From positions 3,978 through 67,977 of the forward strand of contig JAMCRT010000030.1 of the NCBI GenBank assembly GCA_023380695.1: a DNA stretch of 64,000 nucleotides, given 5' to 3'. The DNA comes from Patescibacteria group bacterium (GTDB lineage: Bacteria > Patescibacteriota > Dojkabacteria > JAKAPS01 > JAJZLI01). Positions within the stretch are counted from its first letter, which is position 1; each line of letters begins with the position of its first letter. The position numbers were made by a program, and so were the translations under genes. The notes below the pieces were generated by a model. That model had not been told where the DNA came from. It saw only the letters and a program-made list of their open reading frames with translations, and did no database searches. Shown one piece after another: positions 32,635-43,293 of the stretch.

Positions 32635-32910
32635 ATGGATAGTATAACCCAAGATAACATAGTATATACACCAGAATAAGTATCTCAAATGCTACAAGTG
32701 AGCACTAATACCATATATTCACTAATAAAGAAAGGTGATATTGTCGCTAAAAAATTTGGAAGTGTGTATAGAATTCTAAAAGGTTTCATTTTCTTTATTT
32801 TTAGTGGAATGGATTACGATATTTATTTAAAAGAAAGAGAGGATTATAAAAATATAGATAAAGTAGAGAGAGAACTATCTATGATTAGAAACTCTAGTAA
32901 AATTTCGTGA
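32635..32910 (+). pseudogene. Excisionase-type HTH protein with in-frame TAA, followed by a PIN remnant
   Basis: MDSITQDNIVYTPE*VSQMLQVSTNTIYSLIKKG...FGSVYRI (TAA at 32677-32679); LDSDVIISSFISSTGASY fragment follows at ~32915-32980. Confidence 0.65.
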
Positions 32911-33144
32911 AAATTTAGATTCTGATGTTATCATTTCATCCTTTATTTCATCCACTGGTGCTTCATATTATCTAGTAATGTGACTGGCGAATTAGAAAAA
33001 GGCAGTCACATTATTAACATTCTTTTCTATTAATATCTAATTCTCTTTAAATATAAACAAAATTATAGATTCTCTGCGTCTGAATTTTGACAAAATGTAT
33101 ATTTATTATATATAATCTGCTTTATTTTAAAATATATATAAAAT

Positions 33145-33852
33145 ATGCAAAATTTTGAAAATGGAACTTCTTTATATGTTATAGAGGATACAAAGATACC
33201 TTTACCATTCATAGATATTGAGTTAAATAATATTATCTCTAATAAAAATTATTCCCTAGAAATAAAAGAGTCTAGAATTGGGGACTTATTGGGCAAAGTT
33301 CTAGAACAAATAGGTAATGAAATTAATAATGACTTAACTGAAATAGATATAGATCCATTACTTCCTATAATACAAACAATGGACAAATTTCAAAAAGAAA
33401 CAGTAGGATTACAAAATGACAATATATATCTCTTTAATCTCTTAAAATCTCAGATAATAAAGGATTACTATGAAAAGAGTCTCCCGATATCTGGCAATTG
33501 GGAAGATCAATTTCAGGGCAAAGACGATCTAAGTATCAACTTAAATGAAGTCACAAATATGGTTGAGTCTTTTTTTGTATTCATAAAAGAGTTTACTGAT
33601 AAGTTAGATGTACACAAAGATAGAGAAGGGTATAAGTTTATTACAGCAGAAACTATTACTGTATTCTTAAAATTTTATCAAGTTACAAATCTTTGGGAAA
33701 TTTTTAAATCTCATAATTATTACGATAGAAATAACCTAAAATTACAAATTGTATGCCTTACTAAAGATATAGACTCTATTTTTAGAAAAAATTTTGGAAA
33801 ACCCACTGTATCTATTTTTAGAGCATTCCTAAAACAAAGAATTATGCAATAA
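33145..33852 (+). CDS. Hypothetical protein
   Basis: 235-aa ORF with TTGACA-18-TATAAT promoter. Confidence 0.65.
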   Translation: MQNFENGTSLYVIEDTKIPLPFIDIELNNIISNKNYSLEIKESRIGDLLGKVLEQIGNEINNDLTEIDIDPLLPIIQTMDKFQKETVGLQNDNIYLFNLLKSQIIKDYYEKSLPISGNWEDQFQGKDDLSINLNEVTNMVESFFVFIKEFTDKLDVHKDREGYKFITAETITVFLKFYQVTNLWEIFKSHNYYDRNNLKLQIVCLTKDIDSIFRKNFGKPTVSIFRAFLKQRIMQ

Positions 33853-34063
33853 AACCTATACTATAAATTCTTCTCCTGAATCTTTCCAATCTTCAAGAAA
33901 TTTTTCTAACCCAGCATCAGTTAATGGGTGATTATACATTTCTATTATAAATTGATACGGAGATGTAATTATATCTACACCCAACAATGCAGCTCTCATA
34001 ATGTGTTCTAGTGATCTTACAGATGCAAATAAGACTTGAGTTTAGGAATGCTCTAAAAATAGA
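33811..34063. repeat. Perfect 23-bp inverted repeat pair
   Basis: tctatttttagagcattcctaaa at 33811-33833; its exact reverse complement at 34041-34063. Confidence 0.95.
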
Positions 34064-34518
34064 ATTTTAACTATATCCTCAACTACTGTCACCCCTTCCA
34101 TGCTAATATCATCTAACCTTCCAACAAATGGAGATACAAAATATGCTCCTGCATTTGCCGAAAGTACTGCCTGCATAGCAGAAAAAACTAATGTTACATT
34201 CACTCTAATACCTTGCTCTGTTAATATTTTACATGCTTTTATCCCATCTCTTGTACATGGAACCTTTACTACAACCCTTTCATCTAAAAGGGAGAGGGCT
34301 TTTCCTTGAGTAACCATTGTTTCTGCATCGGTTGCAATAACTTCAAGATTAATAATTTTATCTTTGGATAAAATTTCTCTTATCTCCTCTACTAACTGCT
34401 TAAAAGTCTTTCCTGTTTTGGATGCAAGAGTAGGGTTAGTGGTAATACCAGAAATTATACCAAGCTCTTCTAATTCTTGTATTTCTTTTGTGTCTGCACT
34501 ATCTAAAAATATCTTCAT
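33856..34518 (-). pseudogene. tal: Transaldolase/FSA family gene interrupted by in-frame TAA
   Basis: FLDSAD, GITTNPT, VVKVP, SPFVGRLDD; TAA at 34042-34044, then the same frame continues TQVLFASVRS...HPLTDAGLEKFLEDW to TAG at 33856. Confidence 0.9.
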
Positions 34519-35459
34519 TTTTTATCCTCCTCTAAATTAATATTCATTTCATGTCCTCCAAAACCATTTCTCATTAAAGAAAGAAATCTTGAGGCATCAT
34601 CACTATTTCCAAGAGATGTAAGCCTTTCAAAATAAGCCATTGATATAGCACTAAAAGGAACCTTTTTCTCTACAGCTTCACTAACAGCCCAACTACCTTC
34701 ACCACTTTCATTTACAAAAGGCTCAATCTTTGATAAATCAGAATATTGAGAGATTTGCGTTTTCAATGTATCTATGAGAAAAGATTCTATAATACTTCCA
34801 TGTCCCCAAACATTTAATAAGCCCTCTAAATCTATACCGTTATATCGTCCATTTTTAACCAAATTTAAGCCTTCAGCTATGGATTGCATCATTCCATACT
34901 CAATTGCATTATGAATCATTTTTACGTAATGCCCTGAGCCACTTTCTCCTACATAAAAATATCCATCTTTCGTTGCCATATTTTCAAATATCCACTCTAT
35001 TTCTTTAAATTCGTCTCTGTCTCCACCAATCATTAAGCATGCACCATTTCTTGCACCCCTCATCCCTCCTGAAGTTCCACAATCAAAAAAATTTATACCC
35101 TTATCTTTTAAATCATTATATCTTTTTATAGAATCTTTATAGTAAGAATTTCCTCCATCTATAACTGTATCTCCTCTTCTTAAAAACTGTACTATCCCCT
35201 CATCTTTCCCATATAAAACTTCATCTACTGGAGATCCCTGAGGAACCATAATCCAAACTATCTTTTTTCTATCTTCAAATAATTCAAGAGTTTCTTTAAT
35301 ATTGTCCTTTACTTTTACCCCCTCTCTACTTGCATTCTCTCTATCATCTTTTCCCAGAGAAAAACCAAAAACATCTACTCCTTTATCTTTAAGATTTAAA
35401 GCTATATTAAATCCCATTTTTCCCAATCCAATTATTAGTATTTCTTTTTTATCATTCAT
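34515..35459 (-). CDS. gnd: 6-phosphogluconate dehydrogenase (short, decarboxylating)
   Basis: GLGKMG, IDGGNS, DCGTSGG, HYVKMIHNAIEYGMMQ, RNGFGGH. Confidence 0.93.
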   Translation of the reverse strand: MNDKKEILIIGLGKMGFNIALNLKDKGVDVFGFSLGKDDRENASREGVKVKDNIKETLELFEDRKKIVWIMVPQGSPVDEVLYGKDEGIVQFLRRGDTVIDGGNSYYKDSIKRYNDLKDKGINFFDCGTSGGMRGARNGACLMIGGDRDEFKEIEWIFENMATKDGYFYVGESGSGHYVKMIHNAIEYGMMQSIAEGLNLVKNGRYNGIDLEGLLNVWGHGSIIESFLIDTLKTQISQYSDLSKIEPFVNESGEGSWAVSEAVEKKVPFSAISMAYFERLTSLGNSDDASRFLSLMRNGFGGHEMNINLEEDKK

Positions 35460-35462
35460 CTG

Positions 35463-36083
35463 TTATTTGTTATCAATTAATACAGCTCTTAGGGGAGAGC
35501 CATCGGCATCTTTTAATTTTAAAGGAAGAGCTATAAAAAAATATCTTCCCTCTTTCACATCTTTTAAGTCTGCACCCTCAATTATATTTATTCCTCTATC
35601 AAATAAATATTTATGTTGAAAATCTTTTTCTCCCCTTTTTTTTACTGAAGGAGCATCAACACATATTAAAGATACCCCTATTTCATATATATATTTTATA
35701 GCACTTCTTGCAAGATAGATAAAGTTAGGATCAAATTTATCATACGCAATATCTGAATTTCTTGTTTTTAAAACCAATATTTTAGTATCTATACTATAAT
35801 TTTCTAAATCCTTTTTTTCTATGGCTCCTGCAACACTACTTAAATCTAACAAAATACATTCTCCCATTAAATCAATGATAGGAATTGAGGCAACATCTTT
35901 ACCCCCTTTTATAAAATGCATAGGGGAGTCTAGGTGTGTTCCGAAATGTGTTCCCATTGTAACCTCAGAAAGATTATACCCATCACTATCTATTTTTTTT
36001 ACTTTTTGCATTTTAAATTCAGGATTACCTGGGTATATTGCAGTTTTGGAATCTAACAATTTGGATATATCATATATCTTCAT
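35463..36083 (-). CDS. Cyclase/kynurenine-formamidase family metallohydrolase
   Basis: YPGNP, HFGTHLDSPMHF, LPLKLKDADGSPLRAVL. Confidence 0.88.
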   Translation of the reverse strand: MKIYDISKLLDSKTAIYPGNPEFKMQKVKKIDSDGYNLSEVTMGTHFGTHLDSPMHFIKGGKDVASIPIIDLMGECILLDLSSVAGAIEKKDLENYSIDTKILVLKTRNSDIAYDKFDPNFIYLARSAIKYIYEIGVSLICVDAPSVKKRGEKDFQHKYLFDRGINIIEGADLKDVKEGRYFFIALPLKLKDADGSPLRAVLIDNK

Positions 36084-36126
36084 ATATATATATTAATATA
36101 TATTACAATTTAAACAAAGTGCTTAT

Positions 36127-36553
36127 TTATGACTTACCAAAAAACATGTTTATCATACTATGAATTTCACTCTCAGTAGGTATATAAGGCCTTATATACC
36201 CATAATTTAAATACCAATCTTTAGAAAACCTATCTACAATTGCAGAGTCAGGCGAAGGCAGAGACTCTATCTTAAATGTTTTTTTTGACCATACTTTTTT
36301 TAAGAATATATACCTTTGCGCTATGTGGATAAGGATATTCAGAAGACTTAGCTAAACTATTATATAAATCTACCCTAAAAATAATTTTTCTTTTCTCTCT
36401 TGATTGTATAACAATAACTGAATTGGAATTCACGTCCGAAATAGACTTTTCCCCCTCATCTGCCATCGTAGATAGATTTTCAAATAAATCTTTTAATACT
36501 TCATTTGAAGGATAATTGTTTTCTTCTTGTCCTACATCTGTTTCAAGGTTCAT
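36127..36553 (-). pseudogene. Paralog of 36583-37020, frameshifted in an A8 tract
   Basis: Shares YPSNEVLKxLFE...; removing one A at 36279-36286 restores KKTFKIESL...RPYIPTESEI...FFGKS*, matching the neighbour's C-terminus. Confidence 0.75.
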
Positions 36554-36582
36554 TATACCATTTATTATAACATCTTTTAGAT

Positions 36583-37020
36583 TTATTTACTATCATCAAA
36601 AAATCTTTTTATCTTTTGAACCTCACTCTCGGTTGGTATATATGCTCTATATGATTCATTTAAATACCTGTCTTTATCAAAATCTTGTATTTCTTCTAGG
36701 GGTATGCCACTAAAGGAAATTCCTTCAACAGCTTCTATATTAAACTTTTTTCCTCCTACCCTTTTCTTAAGGAAATACATTCTTTCATTATGGGGCCTAC
36801 AATATTCACTGTCCTCAACTAAATTGCCATATTGCTGTATACTAAAAATGACATTTCTCTTTTTAACTGACTGAATAACAAAAGCTACATTTGTGTTCTC
36901 GGGCGACAGAAAACTCTTTTTTCTGTCTGGCATATTTGATAGTTTTTCAAATAAATTTTTTAATACCTCATTTGATGGATACTGGATTTCCTCTTGAGCT
37001 ATATTTATTTCTACTTTCAT
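36583..37020 (-). CDS. Hypothetical protein (tandem paralog)
   Basis: 145 aa; similar to adjacent ORF. Confidence 0.75.
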   Translation of the reverse strand: MKVEINIAQEEIQYPSNEVLKNLFEKLSNMPDRKKSFLSPENTNVAFVIQSVKKRNVIFSIQQYGNLVEDSEYCRPHNERMYFLKKRVGGKKFNIEAVEGISFSGIPLEEIQDFDKDRYLNESYRAYIPTESEVQKIKRFFDDSK

Positions 37021-37168
37021 TATACACTTTATTATACACCTTTCAGAATAAATCTTCTATAGAATACCTTGCTCAACAGATTTAATCTCCTTTTAATAAA
37101 TTAAGTCTATGGTAATTTAAGTATTTACATTTAAATACATTTAATATAGTTTAATATATAATAATATT

Positions 37169-37363
37169 ATGAAGAAAATAGACGAACAAGAAATATTGAA
37201 AAGTTTAGCTCTAGAAGGTGTACTTGTAGAACATAGTATTGGATTTCTAAGAGAGCTATCAGTTATTACAGAAGGTAAAGATGACGTATCTTTAAAGATA
37301 TTACCCTTAGAAAATCCATCTTACTGTGTAGATATAACTCCCCATTCTTTTAATCTTGAATAA
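37169..37363 (+). CDS. Small hypothetical protein
   Basis: 64 aa with TATAAT just upstream; convergent overlap with dnaK end. Confidence 0.35.
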   Translation: MKKIDEQEILKSLALEGVLVEHSIGFLRELSVITEGKDDVSLKILPLENPSYCVDITPHSFNLE

Positions 37364-39278
37364 CCTCTCCTTCTTTTACGCTGTCATCTCCTTTATCATC
37401 TTTATCTGAACTATTATCTCCACTCCCTGTATCTTCTTCAGGAGGATTTTCATCGGTAGGCTGAGTTGAAGTATTTGCACTCATAGCTTCTCCCACTTCT
37501 TGCATTAAAGCCTCTAGTTCTCGCAGTGCTGCCTCTATTTTTTCTTTTTCCACATTTTCATCACCCAAAAGAGTTCTAAGCTCAGATATCTTGTCGTTTA
37601 GTGCTATTTTTTTATCTTCAGGAATTTTGTCCTTATTTTCATCCATGAAATTTTCAGCCCCAAAAATTACTGAATCTACTGTATTTTTCAATTCTATCAT
37701 TTCCTTCTTTTTAGAATCTTCAGCACTATGAGCTTCTGCGTCTTTTATGAGAGCATCCACTTCTTCGTCTGACAAAGATGTATTTGCAGTAATTGTTATA
37801 TGCTGACTCTTTCCTGTAGCCTTATCTTGTGCAGATACTTTTAATATCCCATTTGCATCAATATCAAATGTTACCTCTATTTGTGGAACACCTCTTCTTT
37901 GAGGAGCAATACCATCAAGTATAAACCTTCCTAATGTTTTGCTATCAGATGCCATTTCTCTTTCTCCTTGCAATATGTGAATTTCTACAGATGTTTGATT
38001 ATCTGCAGCTGTAGTAAATATTTGTTTTTTCTGTATAGGAATTGTTGAGTTTCTCTCTATTAGTTTTGTATTTATTCCACCTAATGTCTCAAGGCCTAAA
38101 GATAGTGGAGTAACATCAAGCAAAGTTACATCTCTTACATCTCCTGAAAGAACTCCTGCTTGAATTGCAGCACCTATTGCAACTACTTCATCTGGATTTA
38201 CACTTTTATTAGGCTCTTTTCCAAAAAATTCTTTTACCTTTTCCACAATAAGTGGTACTCTTGTCATTCCACCTACAAGAATTATTTCGTCTATATCTGA
38301 TGGCTTTTTCTTTGCATCTTCTAATGCTTTCTTAACAGGATCCATTGTTTTTACAACAAAATCACTAATAATGTTTTCAAATTGAGATCTTGTAATTGTG
38401 ACATTTAAATGTTTAGGCCCACTAGAATCTGCTGTTATGAAAGGAATGTTTATTTGAGATTGCAATGTTGATGAAAGCTCTATTTTTGCTTTCTCAGCAG
38501 CTTCTTTAAGCCTTTGCAAAGCTGCAGGGTCTTCTCTTAAATCAATATTGTTTGTTTTCTTAAATTCATCTGCAAGATAATTTATGAGTTTTTGGTCAAA
38601 GTCATCTCCGCCAAGATGAGTATCTCCGTTGGTAGAGATAACTTCAAAAATTCCATCTCCTAACTCTAGAATTGAAATATCAAAAGTTCCTCCCCCAAGA
38701 TCATATACAGCAATAGTTTTATCTCCCTTTTTATCAAATCCATATGCAAGTGCCGCAGCGGTTGGTTCATTTACTATTCTTTTTACATCTAGTCCTGCAA
38801 TTTTACCTGCATTTTTAGTTGCCTGTCTTTGAGAGTCATCAAAATATGCGGGAACTGTAATGACAGCTTCTGTTATTTTTTCACCTAAAAAACTTTCAGC
38901 ATCAGCTTTCAGTTTTGATAAAACCATAGCAGATATTGCCTCAGGTGCTAACCATTCTCCTCCAAAATCTATTTCTACTCCATTTGATTTGGATTCTCTG
39001 AGTTTAAATGGTAATAAAGTTATATCTCTTTGAACTTCAGGATCATTAAAACTTCTACCTATAAGTCTTTTTATAGAATAAAAGGTGTTTTGAGGGTTTA
39101 GTACCATTTGATTTTTCGCACTTACCCCTACTGCTCTAGCTTTATCTGGTAAAATAGCAACAACTGAAGGTGTTGTTCTTGCCCCTTCACTATTAGGAAT
39201 AATGGTAGGGGAGCCTCCCTCCATAAAAGCCATTGCTGAATTTGTTGTTCCTAAATCTATTCCTAAAATTTTTCCCAT
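37350..39278 (-). CDS. dnaK: Chaperone DnaK
   Basis: [36 protein letters not shown]. Confidence 0.98.
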   Translation of the reverse strand: MGKILGIDLGTTNSAMAFMEGGSPTIIPNSEGARTTPSVVAILPDKARAVGVSAKNQMVLNPQNTFYSIKRLIGRSFNDPEVQRDITLLPFKLRESKSNGVEIDFGGEWLAPEAISAMVLSKLKADAESFLGEKITEAVITVPAYFDDSQRQATKNAGKIAGLDVKRIVNEPTAAALAYGFDKKGDKTIAVYDLGGGTFDISILELGDGIFEVISTNGDTHLGGDDFDQKLINYLADEFKKTNNIDLREDPAALQRLKEAAEKAKIELSSTLQSQINIPFITADSSGPKHLNVTITRSQFENIISDFVVKTMDPVKKALEDAKKKPSDIDEIILVGGMTRVPLIVEKVKEFFGKEPNKSVNPDEVVAIGAAIQAGVLSGDVRDVTLLDVTPLSLGLETLGGINTKLIERNSTIPIQKKQIFTTAADNQTSVEIHILQGEREMASDSKTLGRFILDGIAPQRRGVPQIEVTFDIDANGILKVSAQDKATGKSQHITITANTSLSDEEVDALIKDAEAHSAEDSKKKEMIELKNTVDSVIFGAENFMDENKDKIPEDKKIALNDKISELRTLLGDENVEKEKIEAALRELEALMQEVGEAMSANTSTQPTDENPPEEDTGSGDNSSDKDDKGDDSVKEGEVIQD

Positions 39279-39296
39279 AATTATTAATAAACTAAA

Positions 39297-39812
39297 TTAA
39301 TTTTGATTCATTTTCCCTACAATAACTCTTGCAGGCCTTATAACTTTACCATTTTGTAAAAATCCCACTCTTACTATATCGATGATTTTACCATTTTTAT
39401 CCTCATCTGCAACAACTGTACCTACAACTTCATGTGAGTAAACAGAATAATCATCCCCAACCTTAACCTCTTGCTCTTCTATCCCTTGGTTTTTTATCAC
39501 ACCAATCCCTTTATCATATATAATGTTTATTCCATTTATTGCATCTTCCATCTTCATTCCTTCATTTGATATATGCTTAATATATAAATATATATCATCA
39601 ATTATATCTAAAAATTCCCTTAAAATAATACTCTCTTTAAAATCTGTAATGTTTTCTTTCTCTGTCTCCATTCTCCTCTTCAAATTCTGATAATCTGAAA
39701 GAGAAGATTTTAATTGATTTTCCAGTAAAAGATTCTTTTCTTGCAATTCTATTACTTCTTTATTTTTTACTTTTTTTGTAACTTTTTTTGTTTTATTTTT
39801 TTTATCTTCCAT
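39297..39812 (-). CDS. grpE: Nucleotide exchange factor GrpE
   Basis: DYQNLKRR, GKVIRPARV; position in hrcA-grpE-dnaK. Confidence 0.9.
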   Translation of the reverse strand: MEDKKNKTKKVTKKVKNKEVIELQEKNLLLENQLKSSLSDYQNLKRRMETEKENITDFKESIILREFLDIIDDIYLYIKHISNEGMKMEDAINGINIIYDKGIGVIKNQGIEEQEVKVGDDYSVYSHEVVGTVVADEDKNGKIIDIVRVGFLQNGKVIRPARVIVGKMNQN

Positions 39813-39814
39813 AT

Positions 39815-40537
39815 TTACCACCCTGATATAACTTCATTTAAAATTGTAGATACATATTTTAATGTAGGTATAACCTTTCCATATTTCATTCTTATTGGCC
39901 CAAATACACCAATATACCCTTGTTCTCCTTTATGTAGCCTAAACCCAGTAAAAACTAGCGCTCCATTTTCAAAACTGTTAAACCCACTTTCTTCTCCAAT
40001 AAGGATTTTTATATCTCCATCAACTTCCACTCCTTTAGAAAAAATGCTTTCCAGTAAAGAGTAATCTTCTATAACAGAAATTATATTTTTCAAAACTGAT
40101 ATTTCCTCAAACTCAGGAAAATCTAATAATTCTGAAATTCCTGCATAAAAAATTGAATCTCCAGAAATTGCAACAGACGTATAATTAAGAGAATTAGATA
40201 AAACCTCAACTGCTTCTTTTAAAAGTTTATCTCTATTAAATCTGTGAGCATATAAATTCCCTTTAATACCCATCTCTTCTTTATATGAGAATTCCTCTTC
40301 TGTTAAAAGGTTATCTATATAATATCTAACACCAACTGTTGTTGGCATTCTTCCTGAAGAAAAATGCTCTTTTTTTAAAAATCCTTGTTTTAAAAGATCT
40401 GCCATTTCATTCCTTATGGTTGCAGGAGACACATTTAATTCATTCTTATCTGCAATAGAAATAGACCCTACAGCATGAGCAGTTTTCATAAACTCTAAAA
40501 TTACTAATTCTAAAATTTTCTCCTGCCTTGGAGTCAT
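39815..40537 (-). CDS. hrcA: Heat-inducible repressor HrcA (short form)
   Basis: MTPRQEKIL, VSPATIRNEM, HFSSGRMPT, GPIRMKY. Confidence 0.92.
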   Translation of the reverse strand: MTPRQEKILELVILEFMKTAHAVGSISIADKNELNVSPATIRNEMADLLKQGFLKKEHFSSGRMPTTVGVRYYIDNLLTEEEFSYKEEMGIKGNLYAHRFNRDKLLKEAVEVLSNSLNYTSVAISGDSIFYAGISELLDFPEFEEISVLKNIISVIEDYSLLESIFSKGVEVDGDIKILIGEESGFNSFENGALVFTGFRLHKGEQGYIGVFGPIRMKYGKVIPTLKYVSTILNEVISGW

Positions 40538-40541
40538 ATTG

Positions 40542-40568
40542 CTAGCAGAATATAAATTAATCTGCTAA
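40542..40568 (-). promoter_or_regulatory. Variant CIRCE operator
   Basis: TTAGCAGAT-N9-TTCTGCTAG directly upstream of hrcA (canonical TTAGCACTC-N9-GAGTGCTAA). Confidence 0.75.
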
Positions 40569-40569
40569 A

Positions 40570-40599
40570 ATAGTATCAGATTTTAGTATGGCTTGTCAA
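40570..40599 (-). promoter_or_regulatory. Sigma70 promoter of hrcA operon
   Basis: TTGACA-18-TACTAT with extended TG. Confidence 0.65.
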
Positions 40600-40623
40600 G
40601 AGAATTTGTCATATAATTAGAGA

Positions 40624-41223
40624 ATGAAAAAGTTACTGCCTGAAATTATAATTTTAATTGCAATAATAGTTATTATTACTGCAACAGAACCTTTACTAGT
40701 AAAACATTTCTTTAATTTTAAAGCAAATAAAGGATCTTCCTCTCTTACAGTTATAACAAAAAGTGTAGGAAAGGTTTATTTATCTCAAAAATATTATGGT
40801 CAAACTCCTATAACTATAAAAAATATATCCTCAGGTGTCCATAATCTTAAAATCACTTTCCCAAATTCAAACAATTTTTATTCTACATTTGAACAAAGCA
40901 TTCCCTTTGAGAGAGGAAACACTACTGTTGTAAAATGGTCTGAAGGACCATCATATACTTTCTCTAGTGGAGCAATATATTATTTTAAGAGAAATTTTCA
41001 AAATAACGCTGGATTAGATATTAATATCAACGCAAAATCAGAAATATTTATAAATGGAAAATTTGTAAAGACTTCTAAGTCTCTTAGTGAAGTGCTTCCT
41101 AGTGGTTCATATAACATAACTATGCTATCTCCAGGATTTACAAAAAAAACAATTGAAGTAAATTTGAAAAATGGATATAACATATATACAAATGTAAAAC
41201 TTTTTGAAATACCTATAAAATGA
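40624..41223 (+). CDS. PEGA-domain membrane protein
   Basis: N-terminal TM helix, YYGQTPITI, SEIFING, LPSGSYNI. Confidence 0.72.
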   Translation: MKKLLPEIIILIAIIVIITATEPLLVKHFFNFKANKGSSSLTVITKSVGKVYLSQKYYGQTPITIKNISSGVHNLKITFPNSNNFYSTFEQSIPFERGNTTVVKWSEGPSYTFSSGAIYYFKRNFQNNAGLDININAKSEIFINGKFVKTSKSLSEVLPSGSYNITMLSPGFTKKTIEVNLKNGYNIYTNVKLFEIPIK

Positions 41224-43292
41224 ATAATACTATACAGTACAGTAAAAATAACCCGTTAACCTTAATTTTTTATGGTGGAAATTTCCTTGGTGTTGGAATT
41301 GCAGAAACCATTTTAAGGGAAGACGGGAATGTTTTGATAATTGATGATTTTTCTAGAAAGAACTCCTATTTTTTTAAAAAAATAAAAGAATTTAAAAATA
41401 AAAATTTCAAAGGAGAAATAAAATCTATAGATTTAAAATTTGCAAAAGACATAGAGCAAAATATTCCTAATGTAGACTTTTGCCTATTTATTGGAAATTT
41501 TAATGTAAAAACTTCTGATGAATATACAATTCTAAGATCATTAGAAAATTTCTTCAATATCACAAAAAAATATAATGCAAAATTCTTGGTTATAGCTAAT
41601 ATAAATGAAGGGGTAGACACAAGATTTTCAGAAATAAAAAAACATATAAAAAGTTCTTCTCTAAAAGAAATAACTGACAACAAGGGAGCTCTTATAGAAA
41701 TTGCAGATGTATATGGTGAAGATATGGACGATTTTATAGTAAACCCAATAAATGAAATTCTTCAAAGTGTTAAAGAGAAAAAAATCATTGATATAGAAAA
41801 TCTTTCTGAATTTCATTACTACCTTTACATTGATGACGCAATAAATGGGATAATTAAGGTGCTATTCTCTCAAAAAGAAGGTGAGTATACTCTTTCAAAT
41901 AAAGAGGATATATCCAATATATCTCTTGCTTTTAGAATATCTGACATATTAAAAATTAATGTAAAAAATTCTCAAATTAAACCAATGCAAAAGGAAGATA
42001 GAATAAAAACTATTTCATCTAATGTTGAAGATTGGGAAACCCAGACATCTTTTGAGGAGGGGCTTAAAAGCACAGTACTTCATAAAATGGCAGGGGAAAT
42101 ATCTAATGTATATAATATCAATAAAGGATTTTCTTTTGAAAATAAAAAGGAAATACCAGAAAAACACATATTTAAAAAAAATAATACGCTAGATATTAAA
42201 AATTTTGACAATATTAAAAATAAGTACTTGAAAAATGAATATATCAATAAAACTATACTTACCCCTGAAAGAAAAAAAGAAATATTGAAAAGGAAAATAA
42301 AGAAAAAAACCTTAAAGTATTCCCTTATCATTATATTATATATTGCAATAATAGCTCCATTTATACTCTCTTTTATAGAATATATACAGTTGAATAGTAA
42401 CTTAAAAAATGAAGTAGTGCAAATAAAAAATATTAATAGCCTGCAAAGCATTAATCCTTTAAATAAAAGAATATCTACAGAAATCAGTACACTCAATGAA
42501 TACATAAATCTTGGATATTTCATATTATCTCCATTATCAAAATATAGCCCAACAAAAAACATTCTTTTGTCATCAGAAAGCTTTAATAATGCTATGTATT
42601 TTACAAATTATAATAAAAACTTACTCAAATCTTTTTATTTTTCTAGCTTTTCAAATTCAAAAAAAACTGTTTTACAAAAAATAAATATGGGGTACCTTAC
42701 ATCTAGCGGAAAAATACAGATAAGTTCTGCAAATTTAGATCTTAATAATAAATCAATCCTTCCCTCTATTAAAAACACAATTGCAAATAATATAAGCTCA
42801 ATAGAAAATATGAACTTGAGAATATTAAATTCCTTAAATATAACATATCAAATGTTTTCAGGAAAAAAATATTATACATTAATATATCTTAATACAAATA
42901 ACACATCTTCAGTTTCAGGAAATATAGAAAAGTATACCCTTGTTGCGCTGTATAATGGAACCATAGACAATATTATCTCCTCTCCAAATGCAGGAGATTT
43001 GAATCAAATACAGAGTAATACAAATATTCCTCAAACCTCTGAAAATATTTCATCTAGAGTAGATAGTGCATTCAAAATTACAAATACAGGAATAATATAT
43101 ATAACTAAAAATGCTCAAACATCTTTTGAAAAAATACTAGGAAAATCACCTACAATAAAAAATTATAGTGCAGCAAATATAAGTGCAAAATCTAAAATAT
43201 TTGATCTTTTATATAATAAGTATTTTGGAAAAGATGTTATAATATATATTACTGACCCAAAATTTCAAAATATAAATACACTAATCTACTAA
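41220..43292 (+). CDS. Degenerate NAD-dependent epimerase-like domain fused to TM and extracellular domain
   Basis: GGNFLG...IIDDF, VYGE, YLYIDDAINGI, WETQTSFEEGLK, then TM helix. Confidence 0.6.
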   Translation: MNNTIQYSKNNPLTLIFYGGNFLGVGIAETILREDGNVLIIDDFSRKNSYFFKKIKEFKNKNFKGEIKSIDLKFAKDIEQNIPNVDFCLFIGNFNVKTSDEYTILRSLENFFNITKKYNAKFLVIANINEGVDTRFSEIKKHIKSSSLKEITDNKGALIEIADVYGEDMDDFIVNPINEILQSVKEKKIIDIENLSEFHYYLYIDDAINGIIKVLFSQKEGEYTLSNKEDISNISLAFRISDILKINVKNSQIKPMQKEDRIKTISSNVEDWETQTSFEEGLKSTVLHKMAGEISNVYNINKGFSFENKKEIPEKHIFKKNNTLDIKNFDNIKNKYLKNEYINKTILTPERKKEILKRKIKKKTLKYSLIIILYIAIIAPFILSFIEYIQLNSNLKNEVVQIKNINSLQSINPLNKRISTEISTLNEYINLGYFILSPLSKYSPTKNILLSSESFNNAMYFTNYNKNLLKSFYFSSFSNSKKTVLQKINMGYLTSSGKIQISSANLDLNNKSILPSIKNTIANNISSIENMNLRILNSLNITYQMFSGKKYYTLIYLNTNNTSSVSGNIEKYTLVALYNGTIDNIISSPNAGDLNQIQSNTNIPQTSENISSRVDSAFKITNTGIIYITKNAQTSFEKILGKSPTIKNYSAANISAKSKIFDLLYNKYFGKDVIIYITDPKFQNINTLIY

Positions 43293-43293
43293 T

